Shown here one piece after another: positions 15,806 through 26,657 of a stretch of DNA of 32,000 nucleotides; the first letter of the stretch is position 1, and each line of letters opens with the position of its first letter. The DNA lies in assembly GCF_000406145.1 (NCBI RefSeq), contig NZ_CM001976.1:267497-299496 (forward strand), read 5' to 3'. The position numbers and the translations under genes were made by a program. Under the pieces are notes generated by a model. It was given only the letters and a program-made list of their open reading frames with translations. It was not told the origin of the DNA and ran no database searches. This DNA comes from Dickeya dadantii NCPPB 898. GTDB taxonomy: Bacteria > Pseudomonadota > Gammaproteobacteria > Enterobacterales > Enterobacteriaceae.

Positions 15806-17257
15806 TCAAAGTGATGAAGATGCGGCAACCGCAGGCGCGGGCTGGCGCCCAAATCGGTTGCCCAGAATAAACGCCACCAGGCTTAACAGCAGCGATGGCA
15901 CAATCGGATGAAAGCCGGCCAGCTGGATGTTAAAGCTGGCGAGCAGGGTGTAACTGACGGCACCGCTGAACATTGAGCACAGCGCGCCGGCGGCGTTGGC
16001 GCGTTCCCAATAAAGCCCCAACACCAATGGCCACAGGAACACCGCTTCCAGCCCGCCGAATGCCAACAGGTTCAGCCAGATGATCATTTCCGGCGGCCGC
16101 CACGACGCCAGCAGCACCAGCAGGCCGAGCAACAGGGTGGTGAAACTGGACAAGTGGCGGATATAACGCTCGTTGCTGATCTTCTGAGGATAGACGCTCA
16201 GGTAAAGATCTTTCACGATCGTGGCGGAAGCCTGCAGCAAATGGGCGTTAATGTTCGACATGATGGCGGCGGTCGGCGCAGCCAGGAAGATCCCGGCGGC
16301 CAGCGGCGGCAGTACGGTCAGCATCAGCTCCGGCAGCACCTGATCGGGAATGGTCAGGTTGGGCAGGATAGCGCGCCCCAGCGCGCCGGCCAGATGCATA
16401 CCCAACATCAATACGCTGATGACCAGGGTGCCGATCAGGATGCCGCGGTGCAGCGCTTTGCTGTCGCGGTAGGAAATGCAGCGCACGGCGGTGTTGGGCA
16501 GGCCGATGACGCCGAAGCACACCAGCACCCAGAACGACGCCATGAACGGTGCGGACAAGATTTGGTTGCTGCCGTGCGGATCGACCAGCGCCGGGTTGAT
16601 CTGCGCCAGTTTGCCGACGGCGGCCGGCAAGCCGCCTGCTGCGTAGATCACGCCGGCCAGCAACAGCAGGGTGCCGATCAGCATCACAATCCCCTGTAGC
16701 GCGTCGTTCAGCACGCTGGCGCGAAAGCCGCCGAACGCGGTGTAGAGCGCGATGGTAATGCCAAAGATTAGCAGCCCGACGTTGTAGGGCACGTGGGCGA
16801 CGGTTTCCAGCAGCCGGGCGCCGCCGATAAATTGCACCGCCATCGCGCCGATAAACGCCACCAGCAGGCTCAGGCTGGCGAACCAGACCAGCAGGCGGCT
16901 GCCGTAACGGGCGTACAGCATGTCATTGAGGGTGATGGCGTTGTAACGGCGCGCCAGAATAGCGAACTTCTTGCCGAGGATGCTCAGCGACAACAGCATG
17001 GTCGGCACCTGAATCATCGACAGCAGTACCCAGCCCAGCCCGTATTTATAGGCCGCGCCGGGGCCGCCGATGAACGAACTGGCGCTGACATAAGTACCGA
17101 TTAGCGTCATCGCCAGCACGAAGCCGCCCATCGAGCGGTTGCCGATAAAATATTCGGTGAGAAAGTTGCCCTGCTGGCGACGCCGCCAGGCATAGACCGA
17201 CAGGCCGAACACCAGTAGCAGATAAGCAATCAGCGGCAGGATGACATCACTCTGCAT
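15806..17257 (-). CDS. panF: Sodium/pantothenate symporter
   Basis: 483 aa from the ATG at 17257 ([14 protein letters not shown]...), preceded by GGAGG. Same length as E. coli PanF and collinear with it. The start overlaps the yhdT 3' end by 11 nt. Confidence 0.95.
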   Translation of the reverse strand: MQSDVILPLIAYLLLVFGLSVYAWRRRQQGNFLTEYFIGNRSMGGFVLAMTLIGTYVSASSFIGGPGAAYKYGLGWVLLSMIQVPTMLLSLSILGKKFAILARRYNAITLNDMLYARYGSRLLVWFASLSLLVAFIGAMAVQFIGGARLLETVAHVPYNVGLLIFGITIALYTAFGGFRASVLNDALQGIVMLIGTLLLLAGVIYAAGGLPAAVGKLAQINPALVDPHGSNQILSAPFMASFWVLVCFGVIGLPNTAVRCISYRDSKALHRGILIGTLVISVLMLGMHLAGALGRAILPNLTIPDQVLPELMLTVLPPLAAGIFLAAPTAAIMSNINAHLLQASATIVKDLYLSVYPQKISNERYIRHLSSFTTLLLGLLVLLASWRPPEMIIWLNLLAFGGLEAVFLWPLVLGLYWERANAAGALCSMFSGAVSYTLLASFNIQLAGFHPIVPSLLLSLVAFILGNRFGRQPAPAVAASSSL

Positions 17258-17489
17258 CGTGATCCTCCAGTGAAACATCGCGGAACACCACGCGCACCAT
17301 CAGCCAGCACAGGCCGATAAACAGCAGCGGCAACGCCAGGCAGGCCAGTTCGAACCAGTGCGGCAGGCCGGTCAGGCCGGGACGGTTGTCGGGCAGATAG
17401 GCAAAAAGCGTCCAGGCTACCAGATAGGCCAGCGTCAGTATCAGTGACCAGCGGGCTTCGCGGTGTGCCTGGAGAAAGCGTTTATCCAT
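17247..17489 (-). CDS. yhdT: Small inner-membrane protein YhdT (DUF997)
   Basis: 80 aa, MDKRFLQAHREARWSL...LLFIGLCW...LEDHDAE, collinear with E. coli YhdT. Two predicted TM helices. Confidence 0.9.
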   Translation of the reverse strand: MDKRFLQAHREARWSLILTLAYLVAWTLFAYLPDNRPGLTGLPHWFELACLALPLLFIGLCWLMVRVVFRDVSLEDHDAE

Positions 17490-17614
17490 GATTTCCCCTT
17501 AATCCGGCAGGAATCAGTGTATATGGGTGACACAAAACAGGGGATTTTACGGCATGTCAGCCAATTGCCCAGCGAAAAATCGATGCGTTGAGCCAGAATG
17601 CGGCGGGCGGCGTG

Positions 17615-17650
17615 GAAATAAAAACGGGCCGGCATAGGCCGACCCGTTTC
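17615..17650 (-). terminator. Rho-independent terminator after accC
   Basis: Minus-strand RNA forms AAACGGGTCGGC / GCCGGCCCGTTT (12 bp with one G-U, loop CUAU) followed by a UUAUUU tail. 15 nt after the accC stop. Confidence 0.8.
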
Positions 17651-17664
17651 ATCGGTGCGAAAGA

Positions 17665-19008
17665 TTACTGCAGGCCGAGTTTCTTCTCCAGATAGTGGAT
17701 GTTGGTGCCACCATGCTGGAAGTTTTCGTCGGACATGATGCGCATCTGCAATTCCACATTGGTCTTGATGCCATCAATGATCAGTTCCGCCAGCGCGTTT
17801 TTCATACGGGAAATGGCGATATCGCGGCTTTCACCGTAGGTGATCAGCTTGCCGATCATGGAATCGTAATGCGGCGGTACGGTGTAACCGGCATAAATGT
17901 GCGATTCCCAACGCACGCCAAACCCGCCCGGCGCGTGGAAACGGGTGATTTTGCCCGGACTCGGCAGGAAGGTGTTCGGGTCTTCGGCGTTGATACGGCA
18001 TTCCACCGCGTGACCGCGTACTTTGACCTCTTCCTGTTTGATAGACAGCGGCTGGCCGGCGGCGATGCGCAGCTGTTCCTTGATCAGGTCCACGCCGGTG
18101 ATCATTTCGGTAACCGGGTGCTCTACCTGGATACGGGTGTTCATTTCGATGAAATAGAACTCGCCGTTCTCGAACAGAAACTCGAACGTACCGGCACCGC
18201 GGTAGTTGATGTCCACACAAGCTTTAGCGCAGCGTTCGCCGATATAGCGACGCAGATCGGCGGTGATGCCCGGCGCCGGCGCTTCTTCCACCACTTTCTG
18301 GTGACGGCGCTGCATGGAACAGTCGCGCTCCGCCAGATAGATGGCGTTGCCCTGGCCGTCGGCCAGTACCTGGATTTCCACATGACGCGGATTTTCCAGG
18401 TATTTTTCCATGTAGACCATGTCGTTGTTGAACGCCGCTTTGGCTTCCGCACGGGTCATAGCGATAGATTGTTCCAGCTCTTTTTCGCTACGCACTACGC
18501 GCATACCGCGACCGCCGCCGCCGCCAGAGGCTTTGATGATGACCGGATAACCGATGCGCTTGCCGATGGCGCGATTCTTGTCCATGTCGTCGCCCAGCGG
18601 GCCGTCAGAACCCGGCACACAGGGAACGCCGGCTTTTTTCATGGCGCTGATGGCGGACACCTTGTCGCCCATCAGGCGAATAGTGTCGGCGCGTGGGCCG
18701 ATGAAAATGAAGCCGGAGCGCTCAACCTGCTCGGCGAAGTCGGCGTTTTCGGACAGGAAACCGTAACCGGGGTGGATCGCCACCGCGCCGGTGATTTCCG
18801 CCGCCGAAATGATCGCCGGGATATTCAGGTAACTTTTCGGGGACGGCGCCGGGCCGATGCACACGGTTTCGTCCGCCAGCAATACGTGTTTCAGATCGCG
18901 GTCCGCCGTGGAGTGCACGGCGACGGTTTTGATGCCCAGTTCTTTACAGGCACGCAAAATACGCAGCGCAATCTCACCGCGGTTGGCGATGACAATTTTA
19001 TCTAGCAT
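17665..19008 (-). CDS. accC: Acetyl-CoA carboxylase, biotin carboxylase subunit
   Basis: 447 aa, [33 protein letters not shown]...[10 protein letters not shown]..., near-identical to E. coli AccC by recall. Confidence 0.98.
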   Translation of the reverse strand: MLDKIVIANRGEIALRILRACKELGIKTVAVHSTADRDLKHVLLADETVCIGPAPSPKSYLNIPAIISAAEITGAVAIHPGYGFLSENADFAEQVERSGFIFIGPRADTIRLMGDKVSAISAMKKAGVPCVPGSDGPLGDDMDKNRAIGKRIGYPVIIKASGGGGGRGMRVVRSEKELEQSIAMTRAEAKAAFNNDMVYMEKYLENPRHVEIQVLADGQGNAIYLAERDCSMQRRHQKVVEEAPAPGITADLRRYIGERCAKACVDINYRGAGTFEFLFENGEFYFIEMNTRIQVEHPVTEMITGVDLIKEQLRIAAGQPLSIKQEEVKVRGHAVECRINAEDPNTFLPSPGKITRFHAPGGFGVRWESHIYAGYTVPPHYDSMIGKLITYGESRDIAISRMKNALAELIIDGIKTNVELQMRIMSDENFQHGGTNIHYLEKKLGLQ

Positions 19009-19019
19009 GGTAAGCCTCG

Positions 19020-19484
19020 TTATTCGATGACAACCAGTGGCTCGTCAAATTCAACCGGCTGGCCGCTTTCAACCAGAATGGCTTTCACCACGCCCGCTTT
19101 GTCCGCTTCGATCTGGTTCATCATTTTCATTGCTTCAACGATGCACAGGGTGTCGCCTACTTTCACCTGCTGGCCGACTTCCACAAAGGCTTTAGCATCC
19201 GGGCTCGGCGTGCGGTAGAAGGTGCCGACCATCGGCGAACGTACCACGTGACCGCTGATGGCGGCCGGTGCGGCGGCTTCTGCCGCGGCGGCAGGCGCTG
19301 CAACCGGTGCGGCGGCTGGAGCGAACTGAGGCATTGGCGCGTAGGCCTGTTGCATCATGGGGTAGCTACCCGGCGCCGGAGCGCGACTGATGCGTACTGA
19401 CTCTTCTCCTTCGGAGATTTCCAGTTCAGCGATGCCAGATTCTTCAACCAGTTCGATCAGTTTCTTGATTTTACGAATATCCAT
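19020..19484 (-). CDS. accB: Acetyl-CoA carboxylase, biotin carboxyl carrier protein
   Basis: 154 aa with an Ala/Pro-rich linker and the biotinylation motif [13 protein letters not shown]. Confidence 0.98.
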   Translation of the reverse strand: MDIRKIKKLIELVEESGIAELEISEGEESVRISRAPAPGSYPMMQQAYAPMPQFAPAAAPVAAPAAAAEAAAPAAISGHVVRSPMVGTFYRTPSPDAKAFVEVGQQVKVGDTLCIVEAMKMMNQIEADKAGVVKAILVESGQPVEFDEPLVVIE

Positions 19485-19519
19485 GAATGTGGTTCCGTAC
19501 TCTTGTTAATTGGAAACGG

Positions 19520-19972
19520 TTAATTGGACGTTGACAGGCGTTTTACCGCCGTCTGTAAACCATAATGGTATCCATCTGCCCCCAGACCGCAGATCACCCC
19601 GGCCGACACGTCGGACAGGTAGGAGTGATGACGGAAGGGTTCACGTGCGTACACGTTGGTCAGATGGATCTCAATAAACGGGATGGCGACCGCCAACAGG
19701 GCATCCCGCAGCGCCACACTGGTGTGGGTAAAGGCTGCTGGGTTAATCAGAATGAAATCGGTGTTTCCTCTGGCCTGATGGATACGATCAATCAGCTCAT
19801 GTTCTGCATTCGACTGCAGGTGGGAAAGCCGCACGTTCAGCGCTGCCGCATCCTGCTCCAGTCGGCTCACGATCTCCGCCAGCGTCGTATGGCCGTATTT
19901 ATCCGGCTCACGGCTGCCCAGCAGATTCAGGTTTGGACCGTTAAGGAGCAAAATGTGAAACTTGTCTGCCAT
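19520..19972 (-). CDS. aroQ: Type II 3-dehydroquinate dehydratase
   Basis: 150 aa from the ATG at 19972 ([27 protein letters not shown]...), preceded by GGGAGA. 35 nt upstream of accB. Confidence 0.92.
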   Translation of the reverse strand: MADKFHILLLNGPNLNLLGSREPDKYGHTTLAEIVSRLEQDAAALNVRLSHLQSNAEHELIDRIHQARGNTDFILINPAAFTHTSVALRDALLAVAIPFIEIHLTNVYAREPFRHHSYLSDVSAGVICGLGADGYHYGLQTAVKRLSTSN

Positions 19973-20083
19973 TGTGCTGCTATCTCCCTCGATTGGCTCA
20001 GTGGCGCACAACATAACGCGAAGCTATCCGTTTGTCACCCTTTGCCAGGCGAAAATATCCGTTCTCACCCGCAAGGTTTGAAC

Positions 20084-20111
20084 ATTATAGCCATATCGTA
20101 GCAGTTGGCAG
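20084..20111 (-). promoter_or_regulatory. Candidate sigma-70 promoter for aroQ-accBC
   Basis: Minus strand reads CTGCCA - 16 nt - TATAAT (perfect -10), about 110 nt upstream of the aroQ ATG. Sequence match only. Confidence 0.35.
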
Positions 20112-20210
20112 CGAAATACTGGTCTTATCTGCGGAGTTGCCAGACCGTGATTGACAAAATTTTACGAAATTCCGCTGAAAACGCCGCCTGATTCGTGTCG
20201 GTATCACCGC

Positions 20211-20810
20211 TTAACGACGCCACTGACGCAGTTTCTTGTAGCGAAAAAGCAGCAAGATGACGGCAACTGAAGCGTAAATGATCGGCAATGGCGACAACGA
20301 TTTTACCGACCAAAGATAATGAACCGGGGCGAGGATCGCGACCAGATAAATGAGATTATGTAGCTTTTGCCAGCGGGCTCCCAGTTTTCGCTGCGCCGAC
20401 TGGGTGGAGGTTAACGTCAACGCCAGCAGGATCAGCCAGCTCGCCATGCCAAGCGTCAGGTAAGGGCGCAGGAAAATCTCTTTTCCCAGCAGATCGAGAT
20501 GATTGACCCCCAACTCCAGCAAGGTGTAGCTGAGCAGGTGCAGGCTGGCCCAGGCGAAACACCACAGCCCCAGCAAGCGGCGGCAGCGAATCAGCAACGG
20601 CTGTTTCCCGTAGCGCGCCAGCGGCGTCACCATCAAGGTTGCCAGCAGCAATTTCAGCGCCATTCTGCCGGTAAAATGCTGGATATCTTTGGCCGGATCG
20701 GCGCTGAACGCGCCCTGATTGACGGCGAGCACCAGCCATGCCAGCGGCAGGAACGCCGCCAGATGGAGCACCACTTTCAGGGCTGTGATGTGTCGGGCGG
20801 TTAAACGCAT
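20211..20810 (-). CDS. msrQ: Methionine sulfoxide reductase heme-binding membrane subunit MsrQ (YedZ)
   Basis: 199 aa from the ATG at 20810 ([26 protein letters not shown]...DIQHFTGR...), collinear with E. coli MsrQ. AGGAA RBS. Confidence 0.92.
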   Translation of the reverse strand: MRLTARHITALKVVLHLAAFLPLAWLVLAVNQGAFSADPAKDIQHFTGRMALKLLLATLMVTPLARYGKQPLLIRCRRLLGLWCFAWASLHLLSYTLLELGVNHLDLLGKEIFLRPYLTLGMASWLILLALTLTSTQSAQRKLGARWQKLHNLIYLVAILAPVHYLWSVKSLSPLPIIYASVAVILLLFRYKKLRQWRR

Positions 20811-20878
20811 ACGGACGTTTTCCTGTGCATTGAGCATTCCTGTGAGTTCCCGGTGATAGGGATTAAACCCTGCGGCGA

Positions 20879-21880
20879 TCAGAAGTTCGCCCGTAAATCC
20901 AACCCCTGATACAGCGCGGCGACCTGGTCGGCATAGCCGTTGAACATCAGTGTCGGCTGGCGTTGAACGTTCAACAGGCCGCCGGCGCCGATTACCCGTT
21001 CGCTGGCCTGCGACCAGCGCGGATGGTCGACGTTCGGATTGACGTTGGCGTAAAACCCGTACTCGTTGGGCGCGGACAGATTCCAGGTGGACGGCGGCGG
21101 CTGCCGGGTCAGGCGGATATGCACGATGGATTTAATGTTCTTGAAGCCGTATTTCCACGGCGTCACCAGCCGTATCGGCGCGCCGTTTTGCGGCAGCAGC
21201 GTTTTGCCGTATACGCCGACCGCCAGCAACGTCAACGGGTGCATGGCTTCGTCCATGCGTAACCCTTCGACATAGGGATAGTCCAGGCCGCCGCCGACGA
21301 AACTATCTTTCTGACCGGGCATTTGCGCCGGGTCATAGAGCGTCTGGAAGGCGACATAACGGGCGTCGCTGGTTGGTTCGGCCAGTTTTATCAATTGCGA
21401 CAGTTCAAATCCGACCCACGGGATCACCATCGACCAGGCTTCGACGCAGCGAAAACGGTAGATTCGTTCTTCCAGCGCGAAACGGCGACGAATGTCGTCG
21501 ATGTCCAGCGTGATAGGTTTGGCGACTTCACCGTCAATCCGGACTTTCCAGCCTTCGGTCTTAAGACCGCCCGCGTTGGCGGCAGGGTCGGCCTTGTCCA
21601 GACCAAATTCGTAGAAGTTGTTGTAGCCGGTGACCTTGTCTTCCGGCGTTAACGCCAGAGCCGGGCGCCACTGCGGCGGCTGGCTGAACGTCAGCGGCTT
21701 ACCGGGCGGGGCGACAGGCGCCTGTTTGCCCTGAAACCAGTTGAGCAGGTCGGCGCGCGCGCCGGACGGCAGGCTCAGCGTGGCGGCGGTAAGACCCAGC
21801 GCCTTGAGGACGGTGCGACGTTGATGGAACAGGGATTCCGGCGTCACATCGGCGTCGGTTAATTTGCGATGTCTGGACAT
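20879..21880 (-). CDS. msrP: Periplasmic methionine sulfoxide reductase molybdopterin subunit MsrP (YedY)
   Basis: 333 aa from the ATG at 21880, preceded by GGGAG. Tat signal ...[26 protein letters not shown]. Collinear with E. coli MsrP. The 58-codon extension in the track ORF is rejected. Confidence 0.93.
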   Translation of the reverse strand: MSRHRKLTDADVTPESLFHQRRTVLKALGLTAATLSLPSGARADLLNWFQGKQAPVAPPGKPLTFSQPPQWRPALALTPEDKVTGYNNFYEFGLDKADPAANAGGLKTEGWKVRIDGEVAKPITLDIDDIRRRFALEERIYRFRCVEAWSMVIPWVGFELSQLIKLAEPTSDARYVAFQTLYDPAQMPGQKDSFVGGGLDYPYVEGLRMDEAMHPLTLLAVGVYGKTLLPQNGAPIRLVTPWKYGFKNIKSIVHIRLTRQPPPSTWNLSAPNEYGFYANVNPNVDHPRWSQASERVIGAGGLLNVQRQPTLMFNGYADQVAALYQGLDLRANF

Positions 21881-21953
21881 GGTGAACTCCCGCTGTTGAT
21901 TATTGGTGTCAGGCTGGGGGATTCGGGTGAATACACGCCCTGATAGCGATGGC

Positions 21954-21995
21954 GTCAGTATGCGGTGAAATATGATGTCAGTATGCGGTGAAATA
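21954..21995. repeat. Two perfect 19-bp direct repeats (23-bp period) upstream of msrP
   Basis: GTCAGTATGCGGTGAAATA occurs at 21954-21972 and 21977-21995, separated by TGAT. In msrP sense this reads TATTTCACCGCATACTGAC twice, with the proximal copy 73 nt from the ATG. Confidence 0.8.
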
Positions 21996-22020
21996 ATGTG
22001 CCGGGGAAACGTTCTTTTTT

Positions 22021-22057
22021 TACCGGGTGTTACCAAAAATACCGGTGTTACCAAAAA
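22021..22057. repeat. Tandem 19/18-bp direct repeat upstream of msrP
   Basis: TACCGGGTGTTACCAAAAA (22021-22039) is followed directly by TACCGGTGTTACCAAAAA (22040-22057). The two differ by a single G indel. Confidence 0.8.
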
Positions 22058-22088
22058 GAAGAGAGGGCAGGTCGTTGCCGACCCGCCC
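22053..22088 (-). terminator. Rho-independent terminator after acuI
   Basis: Minus-strand RNA forms GGGCGGGTCG / CGACCTGCCC (10 bp with one G-U, loop GCAA; plus 22065-22088) followed by UCUCUUCUUUUU, which overlaps the distal tandem-repeat copy. Confidence 0.6.
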
Positions 22089-22099
22089 CGACAGAGATA

Positions 22100-23086
22100 T
22101 CAATCTGCGGTGCCGACGCGCACCAGCGTACGGCCGGTAACCCGATTTTCCAGCAGCGCCGCGGCGGTGGCGGGAACCTGTTCCAGCGTAATTTCCTGTG
22201 TGACCTGCTCGTAGAAAGCGGCCGGCAGCAGTGCGGCCAGACGACGCCAGGCTTCCTCACGCCGCGCGCGCGGCGTCATCACCGAATCGACCCCTTGCAG
22301 GCGCACATTGCGTAGAATAAACGGCATCACCGTGGCGGGTAGCGATACGCCGCCCGCCAGCCCGCACGCCGCGACGGTCGCGCCGTAATGCATTTGGGTC
22401 AGCAGCGTCGCCAGCACCTGATCGCCTACCGTGTCGATAGCGCCGGCCCAGCGTTGTTTTTCCAGTGGACGACCTGCAACGGCAAATTCTTTGCGATCCA
22501 GCACCTGATGAGCGCCAAGTTGTTGCAGATAGGCGCTGTTGTCCGCCCGGCCGCTGATCGCCGTTACCTGATACCCCAGTGCGCGCAACAGCGCGACGGC
22601 GGTGCTGCCGACGCCGCCGCTGGCGCCGCTGACCACGATCTCTCCGCTCGCCGGGGTCACCCCGCCTTCTTCCAGCGCCATCACGCATAGCATGGCGGTG
22701 AAGCCGGCGGTGCCGATGATCATCGCCTGACGCGGCGTCAGCCCCTGCGGCAACGGCACCAGCCAGTCGGCCCGCACCCGCGCCTGTTCCGCCAGCCCGC
22801 CCCAGTGATTTTCTCCCACGCCCCATCCGGTCAGCACCACGGGCTGCCCGGCCTTGAAGTCGGGGTGGTCGCTGTGGCGAACGGTTCCGGCAAAGTCGAT
22901 ACCCGGCACCATCGGGAACTGACGAATGATTTTCCCTTTACCGGTGATAGCCAGCGCATCTTTATAGTTGATGCCGGACCAGTCGACGTCGACGGTGACA
23001 TCGCCATCGGGTAATTGTGACGGTTCGAGCGTGTTGACGTCGGCTAAAGTCAGGCCATCTTGTTGCCTGAGCACGAGAGCGCGCAT
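22100..23086 (-). CDS. acuI: Acrylyl-CoA reductase AcuI (YhdH), MDR/quinone oxidoreductase family
   Basis: 328 aa from the ATG at 23086 (MRALVLRQQDGLTLADV...), preceded by AAGGAGG. Collinear with E. coli YhdH (DVTVDV.WS..NYKDALAITGKGKIIR.FPM.PGIDFAGTV). Confidence 0.92.
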   Translation of the reverse strand: MRALVLRQQDGLTLADVNTLEPSQLPDGDVTVDVDWSGINYKDALAITGKGKIIRQFPMVPGIDFAGTVRHSDHPDFKAGQPVVLTGWGVGENHWGGLAEQARVRADWLVPLPQGLTPRQAMIIGTAGFTAMLCVMALEEGGVTPASGEIVVSGASGGVGSTAVALLRALGYQVTAISGRADNSAYLQQLGAHQVLDRKEFAVAGRPLEKQRWAGAIDTVGDQVLATLLTQMHYGATVAACGLAGGVSLPATVMPFILRNVRLQGVDSVMTPRARREEAWRRLAALLPAAFYEQVTQEITLEQVPATAAALLENRVTGRTLVRVGTAD

Positions 23087-23101
23087 AAAAATCCTCCTTA
23101 T

Positions 23102-23123
23102 CGGGGACAAAACGGGGACAAAA
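23102..23123. repeat. Perfect 11-bp tandem duplication just upstream of the acuI RBS
   Basis: CGGGGACAAAA occurs twice (23102-23112 and 23113-23123). In acuI sense this reads TTTTGTCCCCG twice, then ATAAGGAGG. Confidence 0.8.
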
Positions 23124-23249
23124 ATAGAGGTAAATCATTTAAGGACTATATTTGTAACGGGTAGTATGCGAACTGATAAATCGCAAAGAACACACAAAGT
23201 ATCTCATGAAAGCACTTTTCAATTCTTTGATACGGAGTTAAGCGCAGGG

Positions 23250-25196
23250 ATGGGGTTGACTGTCAGAATATCGATATTAATGACGATGCTAACGACATTG
23301 GCCGTGGTGCTAATGTTGGTCAGCAGCATTTTCAGTTTTGTGTGTTATAGCCAACAGCGTATGGAACATCAGCTCAGGGCGGTGGCGGCCAGTATCGACC
23401 AGGCATTGCTGGTGCAGCCGCCCGACAGTATCCAATTCTGGTTGCCGGCGGTGATGAAAGCGGCCGGCATCGTGGAACTGGAGATTCGCGACGGCCATGA
23501 AAGCCTCTATTTATTACGTTTGCCGGAAATGTTGTCTGACGGCGCGGATCGGGCGCTGCTCTATCGTCACACCCGCTTATCGTTGTTGCACCACACCGAT
23601 GTGAAGGTGAACGTGACCTACGTCGATCCGCTGTTCGGCACGCCGCGTTATCTCAAATCCACTTTGTCCATCGTGCTGGTGATACTGGTGATCGCGGTGA
23701 CCGTGTTTCATGGCGTGCGCTGGTTGCGGCGTCAGATGGCCGGACAGGAGCAACTGGAGAGGCGCGCCCGGCGGATTTTGGCGGGCGAGCGCGATACCGT
23801 GATGCATGGCTCGGTGCATGAGTGGCCGGCGACGGCCAGCGGCGCGCTGGACCAACTGCTGCTGGATCTGGCGGAGGCGCGCGAGGCGCGCAGCCGGGTC
23901 GATACTCTGATCCGCTCGTTCGCGGCGCAGGATGCGCAAACCGGTCTGAATAACCGGCTGTTTTTTGAAAATCAGCTCGCCACGCAACTGGAAGACCCGG
24001 AAGACGTCGGCACGCATGGCGTGGTGATGATGATCCGTCTGCCGGACTTTGACACCCTGCAGGAAACGCACGGCTATGGCGGCGTGCTCGAAGAGTATCG
24101 CAATACCCTGATCAACCTGCTGTCCACGTTTGTTCTACGCTATCCCGCCGCGCTGCTGGCGCGTTACTACCACAGCGATTTTACGGTGCTGTTGCCGCAT
24201 CGCACCCTGAAAGAAGCGGACAGCATCGCCAGCCAACTGGTGAAAGCGATCGATATTCTGCCGGTTACGCCGCTGATCGATCGGGAAGACATTTTGCACA
24301 TCGGCATCAGCGCCTATCACGGCGGGCAGACCACCGAACAGGTGATGGAAAGCGTGGAAGACGCCACCCGCAACGCGGTATTGCAGGGCGGCAACGGCTG
24401 GTGCGTTTATGACCGGCGGGTGCCGGAAAAAGGCCGCGGCAGCGTGAAGTGGCGCACCCTGCTGGAACATACCCTGTTGCGCGGCGGGCCGCGTCTGTAT
24501 CAGAAACCGGCGATTACCCGCGACGGCGAGGTGCATCACCGGGAAATGTTTAGCAGAATTTATGATGGCACCCAGGAATTGCTGGAGGCGGAGTACATGC
24601 CGCTGGTGCGTCAGCTCGGCCTGACCTCCGGTTATGACCGGCAACTGATCAACCGGGTAATTGCCCTGACGGTTAGCTGGCAGGATTCGGTACTGGCGTT
24701 CCCGATTACGGTGGATTCGCTGCTGCAGCGGCCGTTCCTGCGCTGGCTGCGCGAAACGTTGCTCCAGTGTCCGAAAAGGCAGCGCGAGCGATTATTGTTT
24801 GAACTTGCGGAAGCGGATGTGTGTCAATATATCGGCCGTTTGCGACCAATACTTGCCATGATCACCGGCCTGGGCTGCCGGCTGGCGGTGACGCAGGCCG
24901 GGCTGACGCTGGTCAGCACCGCCTATATCAAGTCGCTGCAGGTGGAGGTGATCAAACTGCATCCGGGGCTGGTGCGCAGCCTGGATAAGCGACCGGAGAA
25001 TCAGCTGTTTGTCAGCAGCCTGACCGAAGCCTGCAAGGGAACGCATGCTCAGGTGTTCGCCGCCGGCGTGCGTACGCGCGAGGAGTGGCAGACGTTGCTG
25101 GATAAAGGTGTTTGCGGCGGTCAGGGCGATCTGTTCGCCGCTTCCGAGCCGGTGAGCAACACGCTGAAAAAATATTCACCACGCACGTATGTTTGA
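23250..25196 (+). CDS. csrD: RNase E specificity factor CsrD (degenerate GGDEF-EAL protein)
   Basis: 648 aa from the ATG at 23250 (MGLTVRISILMTMLTT...), aligned to the E. coli CsrD start MRLTTKFS. Two N-terminal TM helices. Degenerate motifs YHSDF in place of GGDEF and REMF in place of EAL, as in E. coli (HRSDF / ELM). The start is uncertain (a TTG at 23256 is also possible). The track ORF start at 22968 overlaps acuI and is rejected. Confidence 0.88.
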   Translation: MGLTVRISILMTMLTTLAVVLMLVSSIFSFVCYSQQRMEHQLRAVAASIDQALLVQPPDSIQFWLPAVMKAAGIVELEIRDGHESLYLLRLPEMLSDGADRALLYRHTRLSLLHHTDVKVNVTYVDPLFGTPRYLKSTLSIVLVILVIAVTVFHGVRWLRRQMAGQEQLERRARRILAGERDTVMHGSVHEWPATASGALDQLLLDLAEAREARSRVDTLIRSFAAQDAQTGLNNRLFFENQLATQLEDPEDVGTHGVVMMIRLPDFDTLQETHGYGGVLEEYRNTLINLLSTFVLRYPAALLARYYHSDFTVLLPHRTLKEADSIASQLVKAIDILPVTPLIDREDILHIGISAYHGGQTTEQVMESVEDATRNAVLQGGNGWCVYDRRVPEKGRGSVKWRTLLEHTLLRGGPRLYQKPAITRDGEVHHREMFSRIYDGTQELLEAEYMPLVRQLGLTSGYDRQLINRVIALTVSWQDSVLAFPITVDSLLQRPFLRWLRETLLQCPKRQRERLLFELAEADVCQYIGRLRPILAMITGLGCRLAVTQAGLTLVSTAYIKSLQVEVIKLHPGLVRSLDKRPENQLFVSSLTEACKGTHAQVFAAGVRTREEWQTLLDKGVCGGQGDLFAASEPVSNTLKKYSPRTYV

Positions 25197-25465
25197 TGTC
25201 AAAATCCGAACAAATTAGCGTAGAATATCGGCGCCATAGCGTAGCTGACCGATTTGCTGAACGAGGCGGCGCGCACGAAAATGTTAGATTTTATGTCGGT
25301 GGTTCGCGCAATTTTCGGGGACAGCTTGCGACAATCCCAGCCGCTGCCAGAAGGATCGCTGTTCTGCAGGCATTCATTATCATGGCAATTTGCGCAAACA
25401 TCATTTTTTCACCGTAGCAGAGCCGGTTAGCGCCTTGTCGCTGCTGCGTGTGGTTGGTACAGTAA

Positions 25466-26554
<1,089 letters not shown>

Positions 26555-26570
26555 TCCGGCCAGAACAAAG

Positions 26571-26636
26571 AAGGGGGACCGATCGCATGGATGAAAGCCT
26601 GCTGTATTCATCCCGCGTGGCAGCCTCCTTTTTTAT
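26571..26636 (+). terminator. Compound hairpin plus T-run between mreB and mreC (attenuator/terminator)
   Basis: Outer stem AAGGGGG (26571-26577) / CCTCCTT (26624-26630, one G-U) encloses inner stem GGATGAA (26589-26595) / TTCATCC (26607-26613), followed by TTTTTTATT. Confidence 0.5.
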
Positions 26637-26657
26637 TGTCGAGGAATACGCAATTTT

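Noticed and set aside
17695-19005. 436-aa + strand ORF
   Set aside because: It is antisense to accC, which is near-identical to E. coli AccC. The antisense translation is low-complexity (Arg/Gly/His/Val-rich).
20147-20160. Perfect TTGACA -35 hexamer on the + strand between aroQ and msrQ
   Set aside because: No + strand gene lies downstream and no suitably spaced -10 is present. It is probably fortuitous.
22968-23249. 94-codon N-terminal extension of the csrD track ORF
   Set aside because: It overlaps the acuI coding region on the opposite strand and the divergent promoter region. E. coli CsrD aligns from the Met at 23250.
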